NCBI GenBank assembly: GCA_021613535.1 | Contig: CP075492.1 | Location: forward strand, 1,550,001 to 1,614,000 | DNA length: 64,000 nt | Origin: Adineta vaga | Taxonomy: Eukaryota > Animalia > Rotifera | Direction: 5' to 3' | Shown here: positions 41,901 through 56,900 of the stretch, piece by piece | Position numbering within the stretch: position 1 is the stretch's first letter | Layout: each line of letters starts with the position of its first letter | Position numbers and translations under genes: made by a program | The notes under the pieces: model-generated | What the model was told of the DNA's origin: nothing | The model's input: only the letters and a program-made list of their open reading frames with translations | Databases searched by the model: none

Positions 41901-44900
41901 TATAGCACATGATCACCCACACTCATTCACGTTTTACTATATCTAAAACCATCGCATGAACGACCAATTGGCACTGCACATAAAATCTTTACCCTCTCAC
42001 TCGTTCTCAAATGCAGATACTGTCAGTGCATATTCTGAATATCATCATTTCTTATCCTCTTGCTTGATCTCCATAATAGACATTGTAAATAAGTCTTCCA
42101 AACATCATCCTTTTCTTTCGTCTTGCTTGGTTCCTGTGAGAGTTTCGCTTTAAGGAGGTGTATATCTACTTTTAGCCTACAATATAATTCTAAAGTAAAG
42201 TCGAAATCGAACTAGTTTCGATCGAGTAGTATCGAGAAATTTTAATATAAAATGAAGCCTACTGTCCAACAATAGTGATATAAAAAGAAAAAGATAACAG
42301 TAACTATGTTTATTGAGGTGAAGTGATGACAAAAAAGAAAGAGAAAAAACACTAACAAAAAGAAGAAAAATAACTCTTTATATAACAAAGACATAAAGAG
42401 AAATCAAAAGCAAAATCAAGAAAACAACAAAGAAAATACGAGAAAGAATACATTTATATAACTCATAATCATCAGATTTTGTATTGGCATAATCTTACAC
42501 GTGTGGTTTATTATATATTATTCATTATATGGGTCTATCATTTTAATTCGAATAAACATCATCAAAACCGTAACGATGTATTTAATTTCTTTCTTTCAAT
42601 GATGTGTACAATTATTAAAGATCAGATAAGAAATAAATTTCTTTTTATCATTATCATATCAATATTTCGTCACAAACATGTATCACATTTTGTGGTCAGA
42701 AAAATAGAACTATCTTCATCTGAACTCAGCATACCTGAATGATTAGAACTAGATTTAAAAAATGATAACAAAAGTTCACAGAAATCATCGAAAGATTGAA
42801 TATTTTTTACGATGCTGCAAGTATATATACATGTAGTTGCTTTACATCTCCTTTCAATAATAATGATATAGACTGAAATCGACGTTGACGTCTTATACGA
42901 AATTTATTAAATCTTTTCTTCTGTTTCATCTAACCATCGTATCCCGTCACTTTTTCCAGAAAATGGAATGAAATTGTCTAAGATAAAAATATCAAAATTA
43001 TCGTTATTTCTGTTTTACCCGTTTGTTCAACTTAATCATTATCAATTTCTTCATTAGGGTTTCGAGTATGACTGATATACTGAAAAATGTCGATCTCTTT
43101 TTGACTGATTAATATCAGTTTCTATATTACTACTCACAAAATTTTGTATGCAATTCTGATGATTTTTTTCCGGTAACACAGTCATTCTATTTTTGAATGT
43201 ACAGCTATTCATATTATCTTATGGAATTCTTGTTGAAGTGAAAATAGCGGTTTCGTCATTCAGTTGAATATTTACCGATTCAACTGATCTTCATTTAATA
43301 ATGTTTAACTTCTTTTCTAAATTCGACACCACAAGTAAATGTATATATATATTTATCTTTAAACGCTTCTGACCGAAGAGGCAAAAAATAATCCTGCATC
43401 AATCACAGTACATCACTTCTGATTACACAATCGACGATTGGTTGTTAATATTTTCGAAAACCGTGATTAATGGTTCAAACGTAGTCGATTTTGAAGACAT
43501 AAAAACCGCAAGCGTTTAATCGTAAGCAAAAGATATGACATAAGATAGATTATTAGAGAGTCTTTTGTCATCGAATTCTATCATTTTCTTTATTCAAACA
43601 ACAAGTCTCTAGCGAATGAGAAAAGTAAGGTAATTTAACGAAAAATTTAAGGATAGAAACGATTGATCTCAGATACTTATCCATGTTTTTATCGGTTACA
43701 AAAATTAAGAAAAAATGTCAGTGAAGTCGCGATTAATTATGAAAACCGCGACGATTTTGAAGATATTCTTTGGTGATATATTATTTTCAACTTACTCCTA
43801 CTTATCCACATAGAGATTTATCACATATTAATTTAAACTATTATAAGAGATGTCGCATTAAAAATAATCATGTGAATCACGTTCAACCAATGCTTCTTTA
43901 CCATAGCACCAGCATCCTATGCTCAAGCACATATTTGGTTCGATGAACGACTTCGAATCGATCGACATAAAACACAAGTATGCATCAACAACATGCCTTT
44001 TGTGTATCGTCTTCATCAACATCATACTTTATCACTACAACGACTTCATCATGCTCTTCAACTGGTTATCAAAAAACATTCATCACTTCATACATCCCTT
44101 TTATTCGATGTAGATAAAAATTCACTTATGCAACGAATTAGTAGCATCAATGATGACAATAATAGAATGTTTACATTGATTGAAAGTACATATGAAATAG
44201 AAGATGAACTCAACAATATCATGCATAATGAAAAACATCATCTGGAAATATTTAATCTTGCTCAAGGTCTTGTCTTTCGCTGTCATCTTGTTTATTACAA
44301 ACAAATCGCTTCAAATGACATTCTTTCTGATCAAGATGTACTTATATTTAATTTTAATCACACAGTTTTTGATTATCCATCAATGGATGTCTTTCTTCAT
44401 GATCTCAATCAAGCATATACAACTGGTCAACTATCAATCAATGATGATGATGATACTAATCTGCGTTATGTTGATTGTAAATAATGATATAACATATTAT
44501 AGTTTACTTCTACAATACTAATTATCTCTTTCCTATTTAGATTCTATTATTGAACAACATTTACCAATGAATGGTGCAGATATATTTTGGCTTGATACTC
44601 TTCATGATTATGATCCCCAACGATCATTACTATTACCATACGATAGACATCGTCTTACAAATGAACATTCAACTAATCGTAATACATCTATTTTTTTTGA
44701 GTTTAATCAAGATCTCTCATATAATCTACTTATATATGCATCATCCTACAACATGATACCTCAACATCTCATACTTACTTTGTACTATCTTTTTCTATTC
44801 AAATTAACAAATGGACACAAAGATTTATGTATTGGAATGAATATTGATAATCGATATAGAGAAGAACTCAAATCAATCATTGGATTATTTGAGAACACTA

Positions 44901-47900
44901 TTCCAGTAAGATGTCAACTAGATGCTCAATGGTCTTTCCATCAATTATCTGAATATGTTCATGAAATAACGACAAATACTATGAAATATTCATATTTTCC
45001 TCTACAACGTATTCTTGATCAACATTCAACTATTTCAAGAGCGACATTTCTTGATCTATTATTCGAATTTCGACCAAATCGAAATAATCAAATAATGATT
45101 GAAAACAGTCGACTTTATCAGTTGTCTGTCGATAATACGAGTAATGATAATGATGAAATTATGAGTAAAAGTGATTTCTCACTTATAATTAATCATGATA
45201 TGGATAGTAATCAACTTTCATGTACGATCAGTGCATCACTTGATTTGTTTAATAGAGAGACTGTTCATAAAATATCACAACGATTTCATTTCATATTAAA
45301 TCAATTATTATCATCTATGGACAATCAAGTGAACAAATCAATTTATGAATGGTCATTAACTTCATCAAGTGAACAATTACTTCGACAATCAATAAACAAT
45401 ACGCAAGTATTATTTCCTCGTACCAAATGTATTCATCATGAATTTGTTGATCAAGTAATTAAATATCCACAAAAGCTAGCTGTTGAATTAGATGAGCAAT
45501 CGTTGACATATTCTGAATTATTATATTATGTTCAAGTATTATCATTATGTTTGATGAAAAGAAATGGAGTTGTAGAAGGTGAAATCATTTGTCAATGTGT
45601 TGAGCGAAGCTTGTCAATGGTAAGTAAATCGGAGACGAGTGTTTTTATATTGTGACGATTTCTGATACAAGAGATGATGTATGATATATGTATCTTTTAT
45701 TTGATCCAAAGAAATCGTATCTATACTGTATTTCCCTCGTCCTTATATAGTTCTCGGTACATACAGTGTCACGCTACAGAAAAATATCAAACTCCATAGA
45801 TAATATGTAAAATCTATTGCTATCACTAAGCGAGGTTATGGGTAAAAGAAACATACGATCAAAGTTTGCTCTAAGGGAAGATAATCTATGTCGAGCATGA
45901 GGGCAAGTACAAACATATCATGCATAAAAGTGGAACTATCATATGGATATCATATGAGTGTCACACCATATGAAATATAAGAGGAAAGAAAACATATGTG
46001 TATCAATATCTCTCTAATGGATACATAAGAGGCTAATATCTAAGTAGAAACAGGAAGAAGGAAAATAGACGATGATCGACTAACTCATCGACATAAGAAA
46101 AGAAGAGAAAGAGGAAAGAGGAAAGGAGGAAAAAGCATATTTCAAGGACAAGCGTCATAAAAAAGTAGGAAGAAGGTATACAATCATTTAGATTGTCACA
46201 CTCCCGGATGAAAATAAGACGCTCTCCTGAGCGTCTCAAGCAGGGTAGAGGGTAGGTGGGGAGAGAGAGAGAGAAAAGAAAGAAAAGAAATGTTAGTGTT
46301 ATGTTGTTGTAGGAACGTTTGTTGAAGTTGGGACTCGAAAATAGACTGATGGTAAACGAGGTCGTCGGATAAAAAAACATACTGCTAATATGATGAATAG
46401 TAAGGTAATAATAATAAGAGTAGTTATGTTGAGAATACCAATTGGGTGACGATGTAGGTCACGTAGTGTTGGCATTGATGGGACATGAACGATAGAAGGC
46501 GGTGAAGATTGTTGAGAAATAAATTTAATTACTTCTTGTAGTTCGTTTGATATAAATGGTATCTTCGGCCATCGAGTATGATTATGTAAGTAATCATGCA
46601 TATCAAATTTTTCGCCATAGGTAAAATTGACTAAAGAGAAATCCCATAAAGAGACTGGTGGGGCTGAAGTTTCAGGTGAAGCTGGTATATGGAACTGCTC
46701 ACATAAGAGTGTTGTTTTAGATGGAATAGTGATTAATGTAACTGTAGATAATGTTCGGCCGGTGTTTTGAATGAGTTGTGGTGTATTGGCCGTAGGAGCT
46801 GTGGCAAAATTGCATCTTTGCATTCGTGTTGTGGATATAATCCATTGTGATCCTATCTGTTGATAGAATATGTCTTCGTTGTAAGGTTCGGTACGACAAG
46901 CTGACAGAATAGAGTCGTTGAGTATTTGGAATAAACAAGTATTATTCCACTTTGTAATAATAGGCGGTGTTTCTCGGCAAACAGACATATCATTAAAGTT
47001 ACAGGTTTGAAAATCGGATTTGGTCCATTGAATGAGTTGAAAGTTAATGTAATCAATACCAATAGCCTTTGGTAAGTTTGCTAAACGGATGCGTTTTCCA
47101 TAATAGTAAAAAGGTACTGAGAACAGTTCATATACTGCAAAAGGAGTGACGCGTCGTTTAACATCGGCAAAGAAGGAAGAAATTGATAGTGTTCCAAGGA
47201 TCCCTTCCGTTTGGTTAGATGACGTTTTTGGTAAGAAGTGAATTGTTTGTTGGACTAGGAGACGACTAATTAATTCAATTAATGGTGGTCCTAAGTTTTC
47301 AGTGGTAAAGTTGACATTGGTGGATAGTGCAATATGTTTTGCCACTTTGTTCAAGTCACGATGGTGTATGAAGTTAAGATTAAGCCGATTGGCAAGTATG
47401 TCTGCAATGGACGTATGTAAGAAATGTGATTCCACAGAATGAATGAATGTGGAAAGTCGATTGTCTAGGTATTTTGCAAAAATACCAAGGTGTTCAATAG
47501 CAATTCCATGATGATTTATAATGTTTATAGTACGATTCAAAGCATTTTGTGTATGATTGAGTGCGAGTGCAAGTTTTAATTGACCCGCTTGCAGGTGAAG
47601 AAGTTCCACTGCTACTGAGTCGAGTTTAGTTAGTGCTCTGGTAATCGTTTCCAGATCATGTTGAATTTGTGCCACGTGGGCGTAGTTTATCGTTGACATT
47701 GTGAGTGCTGCTGATCCTATCCCAATTGCAATGAGCTCTGAAACGAGACGTTTGTGGCGTGTTGTATCGTTAGATGATGATCCATTGGGATCGTAGCCAC
47801 ATTGTGGTATTTTATGCAATGTGTGTAATGGGAGTAAGTAGCACATGTCTTGTGTAAGAGGTATTGCCACAGTAAATGATATAATATTGTCAGCTGGAGC

Positions 47901-50900
47901 ATATTGACCCAGATACCGAAAAGCCAGGCCAGAAGTTGGGTGAACCACATTACCAGGTGGTAATGGTATTAAAGACGAACCGATTGGTATAATGATGAGG
48001 AGTACGAAGAATTTCGACATATTTGTGAAAAAGGTTAGGTATATAATACTAAAAAGACAAGGATAAAAAGTGATTTGGATACTACGATTAATGATATAAA
48101 AATTAATTAGTAGATTAGTTAATGTTTACGATTTCGTAAAAAATATCGTTGAACTGGAGGGGAAGAGAATGAGCTCTGAGTGTGTACAGTAGGGGTGGTA
48201 TCAGTCTTGGGTTCATAATATGGTTTCATTCGATCGACGTTGGTTGCACCAAGGTTGACATTGTCTTTAAGACGTAGTACATTGAATGTAGATGTTGAAA
48301 GTTGTTCGATAAGTCGACATGGTCCTTGATATTTTGGTCGTAGTTTATGTGAAATTGTTACGTTGCTAATTGTAGAAGTAGGGATTTGAATCCATACTAA
48401 ATCACCCACATAAAATTGTCGTTGTTTTGTGTGTTTATCATATTTATTTTTTTGACTAATTTTTTGAACAAGAGAATGTTCACGAACCAGTTGATAGGTG
48501 TTGCGTAAGGTTTGAGCTAATTCATTGCGATATTTTTGTAAAAATATGTGTTCAGGAGTAGTTACTGGTGTGTTAGTTGGTGATTTATTTAGAAGAAGGT
48601 CAAGTGGTGTTATAGGGTCTCGACCGAAATTTAAAAAAGCTGGTGTATCACCTGTAGATTCATTAATTGATGTTCGAATAGCGAATGCAAATTTTTGGAG
48701 TTCTTTGTCCCATAATCCTGGGCTGTTTTGAGTATACATGGCAATTAAGGTTTTGAGAGTTCGATTTACTCGTTCTGTCATGTTTGTTTGAGGATGATAG
48801 TTGGCTGTGAACTTGCGTATAATACCTAAATCATTACATACTCCATTAAATAAGTTTGATATGAATTGTGGTCCATTATCAGATAACATATATATTGGAG
48901 TACCATATCTGCAAATAATTTCATCGATGATTATGTTAGCGATATCTGTTGCAGTAGTTTGACGTAATGCAAATAATTCTACCCATCGAGTAAAATAATC
49001 CACGACGACTAAAAGGAACCGTTTTTGTCGAAATGTTGGAGGAAATGGTCCCATAATGTCGATCCCTATTGTGTGCCATGGTTGTGGAACCATATGTAGT
49101 TGCATTGGATTTGCCTTGGGTGAATTATCATATTTATATTGTTGACAGGCTGAACAAGATTGTATGTATTTGAATATGTCTTTTCTCATTGATGGCCAGT
49201 AGACTCGGGCGGATAGACGATGTAGTGTTTTGAATCGTCCGGCATGACCAGCGGTTGGATGATCGTGAGCTAGATGTAAAATTTGTTGTTGGAGAGCTTC
49301 TGGTATGACAAGAAGATGCTTATTTCCGAGGATTCGGTGATCTGTATAAGTGTTAAAATGACGTACTTTATATAGTAAGTTGTTGATTAAAACGTATGGT
49401 GCATGTTTTGCATTAAAAGGTTTAGCTGGTTGGCAATTAATAGCTTTAATAATTGATTGTAAACGTGGATCGTTTTTTTGTTCTTTCTGTATATTTTCGA
49501 GTAGGCTAGTACCTTCTAAAATATTGATGCTGTATTCAATTGAGTTTAATTCAGATGATTCAGTATTTGATGGATCTACTGGATATCGTGACATAAAATC
49601 TCCATTTGGATTTTTTGTACCTGGTCGATGTTGTATAACTATATTGTATGGTGAAAGTCTCATTGCCCATCGTGCTAGTCGTCCAGTTGGATCTCGAGTG
49701 GTTTTTAACCACTGGAGAGCTTTACAGTCCGAACGAACAATTACTGGTCCTCCTTCGATGTATTGTCTGAAATGTTTGGTAGCCCAAACTATAGCGAGGG
49801 CTTCGCGTTCCACTGCACTATAATTTCTTTCAGCAGTGTTAAGTGTTCGACTTGCATATGCAATAACGCATTTGCGGTTGTCGTATTCTTGAGTAAGGAC
49901 GCATCCGATACCATATTCGCAAGCATCCAGTTCTAGGATAAATGGATAAGAAAATTTGGAGATTGCATGATAGGTGGTGAAATTAAACGTTGTTTTAATG
50001 CATTAAATGCTGTTGTACAGTCTTCATTCCATTGTAAGGGTGAACGCGTTGTTGTACTTTGATTAGATCGTAATAATTTGAGAAGAGGTTCTGAAATTTT
50101 TGCATATTCTTTTATGAAACGTCGATAACAACCGGTAAGTCCAAGAAAGGCTTGAACTTCTTTGATTGTTGTTGGTTGTTTGAATTCGACAACTGTGTTA
50201 ACAAGTTCAGGATCGGGTTTAATTCCTTCAGATGTGACTAAATGTCCGAGATACTTAATTTCTGGTAGACAAAAGTTGCATTTTGAAGCCTTGAGTGTAA
50301 GGTTTGCATCTGATAAAGCCGTAAAGATTTTCTGGAGGTCTTGTTGGTGTTGTTCGAAGGTAGTTGAGAAAACGATAATGTCGTCCAAGTACACTAAGCA
50401 ACATTGCCATTTAAGGCCCGCTAATACGATGTCCATCAATCTTTGAAATGTTGCCGGAGCATTAGTAAGACCAAATGGCATAACGGTGCATTCGAAAAGA
50501 CCTCGATGTGTCACGAATGCAGTGAGTGGTTTGCTCTCGTTTTTCATTTCTACTTGCCAATAACCGGATCGAAGATCAAGAGTTGAGAAAAATTGAGCTT
50601 GTTGTAAGGCGTCTAACGTATCATCGATGCGTGGTAGTGGATATGCGTCTCGTATTGTAATATTGTTAAGTTTTCGGTAATCTATGCAGAACCTCATTGT
50701 TCCGTCCTTCTTAGGGGCTAATACAACCGGGGATGCCCATGGGCTTTTTGATGGGGTTATGACACCTTCTCTTAACATTTCGTTGAGTTGCTCTTCAATA
50801 ATTTGACGTCGTGCTGGAGCGTAGCGATAAGGAGCTGAGTTAATAGGTCTATTTCCAGGTTCTATCTCGATGTAATGTTTTATCATGTTCGTACGTCCGG

Positions 50901-53900
50901 GTGTATTGGTAAATAATTGTGGAAATGATTGGATGGTGTTGAATAATTGCTGTCGTTGAGGTTCATTTAATATAGAATTGGTCAAATCAGGTTTTTCTGA
51001 TGATGTTTGCTGATTTGTATGTGAAATATCATGAATGTCGGATGGAAATTGAGAGGAATCTTCGTGTAGGAAGTTGTGTCGGATCAGTGGAGGATTTGTT
51101 TTATGCGAAGGTCGATAGTAAGGTGGGGGTTTTTGAGATGAGTAGTAAACTAGTTGATGTGCACCATCGATGATAAGTTTGTGTTTGCGAATAAAGTTAT
51201 TGCCGATGATGCATGGTCGCCATAGATTTGGTACTACATATGTAAGATGCCAACGTGTGGTCTCATTGAACGTAAAAGGTAGATTTACGACCCATTTTAT
51301 GGTGAGTGGTGAATGGTCAGCTAGATGTAATGATAATGATGGGGGTGGTTTGTATTTTGTTTGAGTGAGTCGGGGGTTGAGTTGATTGAAAAGTTGAGAG
51401 TTAATAAGGGTAAGGGTGGATCCGGTATCGATCAAAAAGGTAATTGGTACTGCGCCAATTCTTCCATGAATTGTTAATGGGTGACTAGGGAAAGAGTCTA
51501 TAGTGTTTACATGTGATATTTTTGTAGATTGCGGGTTAGAATAATAGGAGTTTTGTATTCCCGCTTTACGAAAACTCCTTAATTGTTTTTTGGACGTTGT
51601 GGTAGTGATTGTTGGGTATATTCTGATGAATCATAGGTTCGGCGAGTTTCATTAAGGGGGCAGGTTGTCGCGTAATGGCCCGTTTCGTAGCAACGCCAGC
51701 ACGTTGGTGTATAAGGGGTGGTTGTAGTAGATTGTGTATTACGTGTTGAGTATTGATTTGATGTGTTTAATGCTAATAATGGCGTGTTTGTATTTAGTTT
51801 CGATCGTTGATTTGAGCGTCGTCTAGCTTCTTTGTTTCGTAAATATAATATTTCTTCCACTTGTTGAGCTTCCGTGATAATCTCGGGGAGAGTTAATGAT
51901 CGATTAGCACTCATCAATGTTAGCATATCAGGTCGCATTTTGCAGAACAAGTGTTTAATAAAGTCATTTTCTGTTTGATCAGGTTTTTGTTCAAACCAGA
52001 GTGAACGTAGACGAACGACAAATTCATTGATTGTTTCGTTGTCTTGTTGTTTGCATTCGTCCCATTCGTGTTCTTGTTGTGCAACGCGAATAGGGGAGTG
52101 AAATTGCGCCAAAAACTGTGGAACAAATTCGTTCCAGGTTTCAGGTAAGTTGTGTGTATTGTAAAGTTGACAGTACCATTCTAGAGCCGAATCTTTTAAA
52201 AATTGAGATATTCCTTGAAGTAGTGTATCGATAGACCATTTATTAACAGTTCGTGCATATTCCTCTACGCGTAGTAAGAATTGGCGTGGTCTATCCGTCG
52301 GTTTACCCGCAAATGTTGGAAAAGATGAGATGGGTGGAACAATAATTGTACTTGTAGCCGGTGGTGTTAGTTGATTGTAATTATCAGGAGACACTGTTGG
52401 AGTGATATATTGACGTGTTGGTTGTATAGGTGTATGAAGTTTTTGTTGTGTAGATGTTGTTGGTTTAGCATCAGTTTGAAAAATGTGGTCGCGTATTGCG
52501 GCAATATCTTCACGAATGGTGTGTATGTCAGCTTGTAGACGTGATTCAGTCGTTTCTAATTCCTTTCGGAAAGAAGTTCGAAAGGTGTCCATTTCTGCTT
52601 GAATTTGTGATTGTAGAGAATCCAAGTTAGTTTGTATAGAACGAATATTATCCGTGTGTTGGTTTACAGTTTCCGACGTTATGAGAACAGCCTTGTCAAT
52701 CTTTACTTTCATTTCTTCTGAAGTTGCCATGATAATTAAGAATGTGACTAATTAATTGATTATCGTTAATGTATAATAGGAGAGAGATTCGAGTAGACAG
52801 GGTCGCCAATTGTGACGTTTTCTGATACAAGAGATGATGTATGATATATGTATCTTTTATTTGATCCAAAGAAATCGTATCTATACTGTATTTCCCTCGT
52901 CCTTATATAGTTCTCGGTACATACAGTGTCACGCTACAGAAAAATATCAAACTCCATAGATAATATGTAAAATCTATTGCTATCACTAAGCGAGGTTATG
53001 GGTAAAAGAAACATACGATCAAAGTTTGCTCTAAGGGAAGATAATCTATGTCGAGCATGAGGGCAAGTACAAACATATCATGCATAAAAGTGGAACTATC
53101 ATAATATTTGTTGATCATTTAAATATCCACAAAAAGCTTGCTGTTGAATTAGATGCATCAATCTTTGACATATTCTGAATTATTATATTATGTTCAAGTA
53201 TTATCATTATGTTTGATGAAAAGAAATGGAGTTGTAGAAGGTGATATCATTTGTCAATGTGTTGAGCGAAGCTTGTCAATGGTAAGTAAATGGGAGACGA
53301 GTGTCTTTATATGTCCATGTGAGATTGTTATTGTTGTTTTTTTCTATATAGGTAATTGGAATGATGGCAATTGAAATGGTTGGATGTGTTTATTGTCCAT
53401 TATCACCTCGAGATCCTCCACAGCGTTTGCATGCACTTATTGAACAAACTCAAAGTCGTCTTGTTCTTGTTCATAATTTAACAAAAGCTAAACTTCAAGA
53501 TAATATATTATCACTTGATATTAATTGTATAGTGCTCGAAAATGATTTGAATAGTATTGAGATGAGTGGATTCTTGAATGTGATGATGAAAGCTGATAGC
53601 ATAGCATATGTAATTTTCACTAGTGGCTCAACTGGAATACCAAAAGCGGTAAGTTTAAGGGGGAAAAAGCGAAAAGTCGGTACTCCAGTGTACTCATTGT
53701 ACTCTCTCAATAAGTTATAACTATCCTTGAGATTTTTTTCAGTGTTTTCAAGTCCACTAGTGACCAATGTTACAGTGCACCAGTTGGAGTACAATACAAC
53801 TAAGACTAGCGAACTGGAGAGCTCAAATACTCCATGGTACTTCGAAGTACCATGGAGTATTTGAGCTCTCCAGTTCGCTAGTCTTAGTTGCATTGTACTC

Positions 53901-56900
53901 CAACTGGTGCACTGCAACACTGGTCACTAGTGGACTTGAAAACACTGAAAAAAATCTCAAGGATAGTTATAATTTATCGAGAGAGTACAATGAGTATACT
54001 GGAGTACCGACTTTTCGCTTTTTTTTCCTTGGATGAGTTGCTAAGCATCTGACTGATTTCTAATTGATTTTTGCATTTTCTTGTAGGCACGAGTTCGGCA
54101 TAGAAATTTCACAGACTGTATACGTTCTTTTATGAGCACCAATACATTCAACGGACACGATATAATTATACAAACGGCACGATGTTCATTTGATATTCAT
54201 GTTCAAGAAATTATGGGTTCATTGATTATGGGAGCTACACTCGTTATGCTTCACCCTAGAGGAACTCTTGATTTTGATTATATGGCGAATGTCTTTAAGA
54301 CCGCACAAATTTCATATATACATACAGTGCCTACTTTGCTTTACAGCTTTTTTACTTTTATCCTGGATACTAAAGCTGATAAAATTCTACAGCATCTTCG
54401 ATCATTGTCCAGTGGAGGTGAGTAATGAAAAAAAAACCATTATGTTTTAGAATCATAAATAATTTTTTCTAGGTGAACCATTTTCTGTTAAGTTAAAAAG
54501 CTTAATTTTGAACATCACTATGCCACAATGTATGGTGTGCAATGTGTATGGACCAGCAGAAACAACCATCGACGCTACGTTTCATGTTTTCAACATAATA
54601 ACCAGTAGCGACATTATCCCCATTGGCGCTGCACTTCCTAACTATCAATGTCTGATATTAGACGAACTATTGCAAAATGTGCTCACGAACCAAGATGGAG
54701 AATTGTTCATAGGAGGAATAGGTGTTTTTGCTGGATATCTTCATCGTGATGTTTTAACATCAAAAGTACTGATCTATATTGATGATGAATTATTCTATAG
54801 AACTGGTGATCTTGTTCGAATAGATAACAAGGGTCTTATTCATTACATTGGAAGAAAAGATTTTCAAATAAAGATACATGGACAAAGAATTGAACTCGGT
54901 GAAATTGAACGATGTCTACTCAACATATCATCCATCTCAGCTTCGATTGTTATCAAATGGAATAATGATCATTTAGTAGCTTATATTCAAAGTTCGAGTA
55001 ATGATGAAGAACAATTACGTCAGCATTGTCAATCTCATCTTCCACCACACATGATTCCATCCATATTTATCATCTTAGAAAAATTTCCTTTGAATGCAAA
55101 TGGAAAAATAGATCGAAAACATCTTCCTCAACCTCACTTCTCTTCAATAGACTCTAGAAATCATACTGAACTATTACAACCAAGAACTGATGTTGAAACT
55201 AAAATTCATGAGATCTGGTGCGATCTATTGAAACATGATGAAATCTCTATAAATACAAATATCTTCACTATTGGTGGTCATTCACTTGTCATCATGCAAC
55301 TCTTTCATCGATATAAATTAGAATTTCATCTCGAACAAAATTCTCTCTCCATTTCTCATCTTTTTCAACATTCAACTATTCTTCATCATTCTCAAATCAT
55401 TCAACAATCTCTTAATATTTTACAACGTATCTATAATTATCATTGGTCTCCATTACATCTCATTCAAGGTAGAGACTAGTTTTTCAATAATTGTTATGAA
55501 TTATGTTTTTTTATACTTTTTTTTTAGCGAAAGCATCTTATGCACAAGAACGCATCTTCTTACATGAACAAATTCGTTTCTCATCAGAACACAAACATAA
55601 CATGTATCTTATTCCATTACTTTATCGACTTTCATCTTCTACAGATCAAATGTTCATATCTCGATTTTATGATGCATTTCAACTCGTCATTAGAAAACAT
55701 AGTATTCTTCGTACAGCACTTTATCTTGACACAAATGGTATCATAATGCAACAATGCATAGGCGAAAATACTACTCAAGACGACATCAAAACTTATGAAT
55801 TTTCAGTTAGAACTCTTCACAGTGGTAATGATTTTGAACTGGCTGACGTTATCAAAGGAATATTAAATAAATCTGATCTATTCGATTTATCAAGAGGACA
55901 TGTTATCAATTGTCATATTCTTCGTTACCATCGATCTGAGAAAAATTTTTCGTTAGAAAATAATGATTTATTGACAAAAGATGATTACATATTGATAACT
56001 ATTCATCATGCAATGTTTGATGGATTTTCTACGGAAATCTTTCTTCGTGATCTTTCTGTTGCTTATGATTTGAATGATGATTTTCTCTCGAATGATAATA
56101 CTTTTCAATATATCGATTATTCTATTTATGAACATATTATGGATATGACATCTGCTCGTCAATTCTGGCAATTCGAACTTCAAGGATACAATTTTCAACA
56201 TCGGCTATCATTGCCATTTGATCGACAACATTTAGGAAGTGATCAACGATCAGGTTTAGCTCATGTTACTGAAATAACTTTCGATAGTGATATTGCACAC
56301 TCATTTATACAATATGCATCATCACATAATCTTACATATTTTCAACTTGGATTAGCTACATTCTATGCATTTCTCTTCAAATTAACTCATCATGAAACTG
56401 ATCTATGTATTTCTTCTATTAATGCTAATCGATATCGAAACGAACTACAAGATATGATAGGAATGTTTGTATCAACACTACCACATCGTTGTCAACTTGA
56501 TCATCATTGGTCATTCGATGAACTTGCTCAGCATGTACGAGAAAAATGTGTATCAATTCTTGAATATTCTTATTATCCATTACAACATGTTCTTGATGAT
56601 TTTCAAGTTAATCGATCAAATGTTTCATTTCTTGAAACAATGTTTGATTTTATCACAATCTCATCTGAAATCGATCGTTTATCGTTGGGCAACGAAAATT
56701 TGCAGCAAGTATCAATAGAACAATCGTTGGATTTGGCAAAATTTGACTTTTCATTGACATGTATTTATAATCCATTCTCTAATGACGATCAGTTAGCATT
56801 CTCTATGATTTGTTCACGTGATATTTTCGAAAAAACATCAGTCATACAATTTGCTGAACGATTTCACTGTATAATGGAACAACTTTTCGAAATGGAATCG

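Larger units (their letters stand above)
45651..53103 (-). mobile_element. Near-intact env-containing Ty3/Gypsy LTR retrotransposon inserted antisense in an NRPS intron
   Basis: gag, pol (PR-RT-RH-IN order) and env ORFs between direct repeats; PBS present. Confidence 0.97.

Noticed and set aside
41940-43560. Possible degraded transposon in the long intron
   Set aside because: No termini or protein motif that I can support.
48525-51364. Plus-strand ORFs antisense to pol
   Set aside because: Shadow ORFs of the coding strand.
53495-54036. Twin ORFs on opposite strands with near-identical translations
   Set aside because: By-product of the palindrome; intronic and without recognisable protein features.
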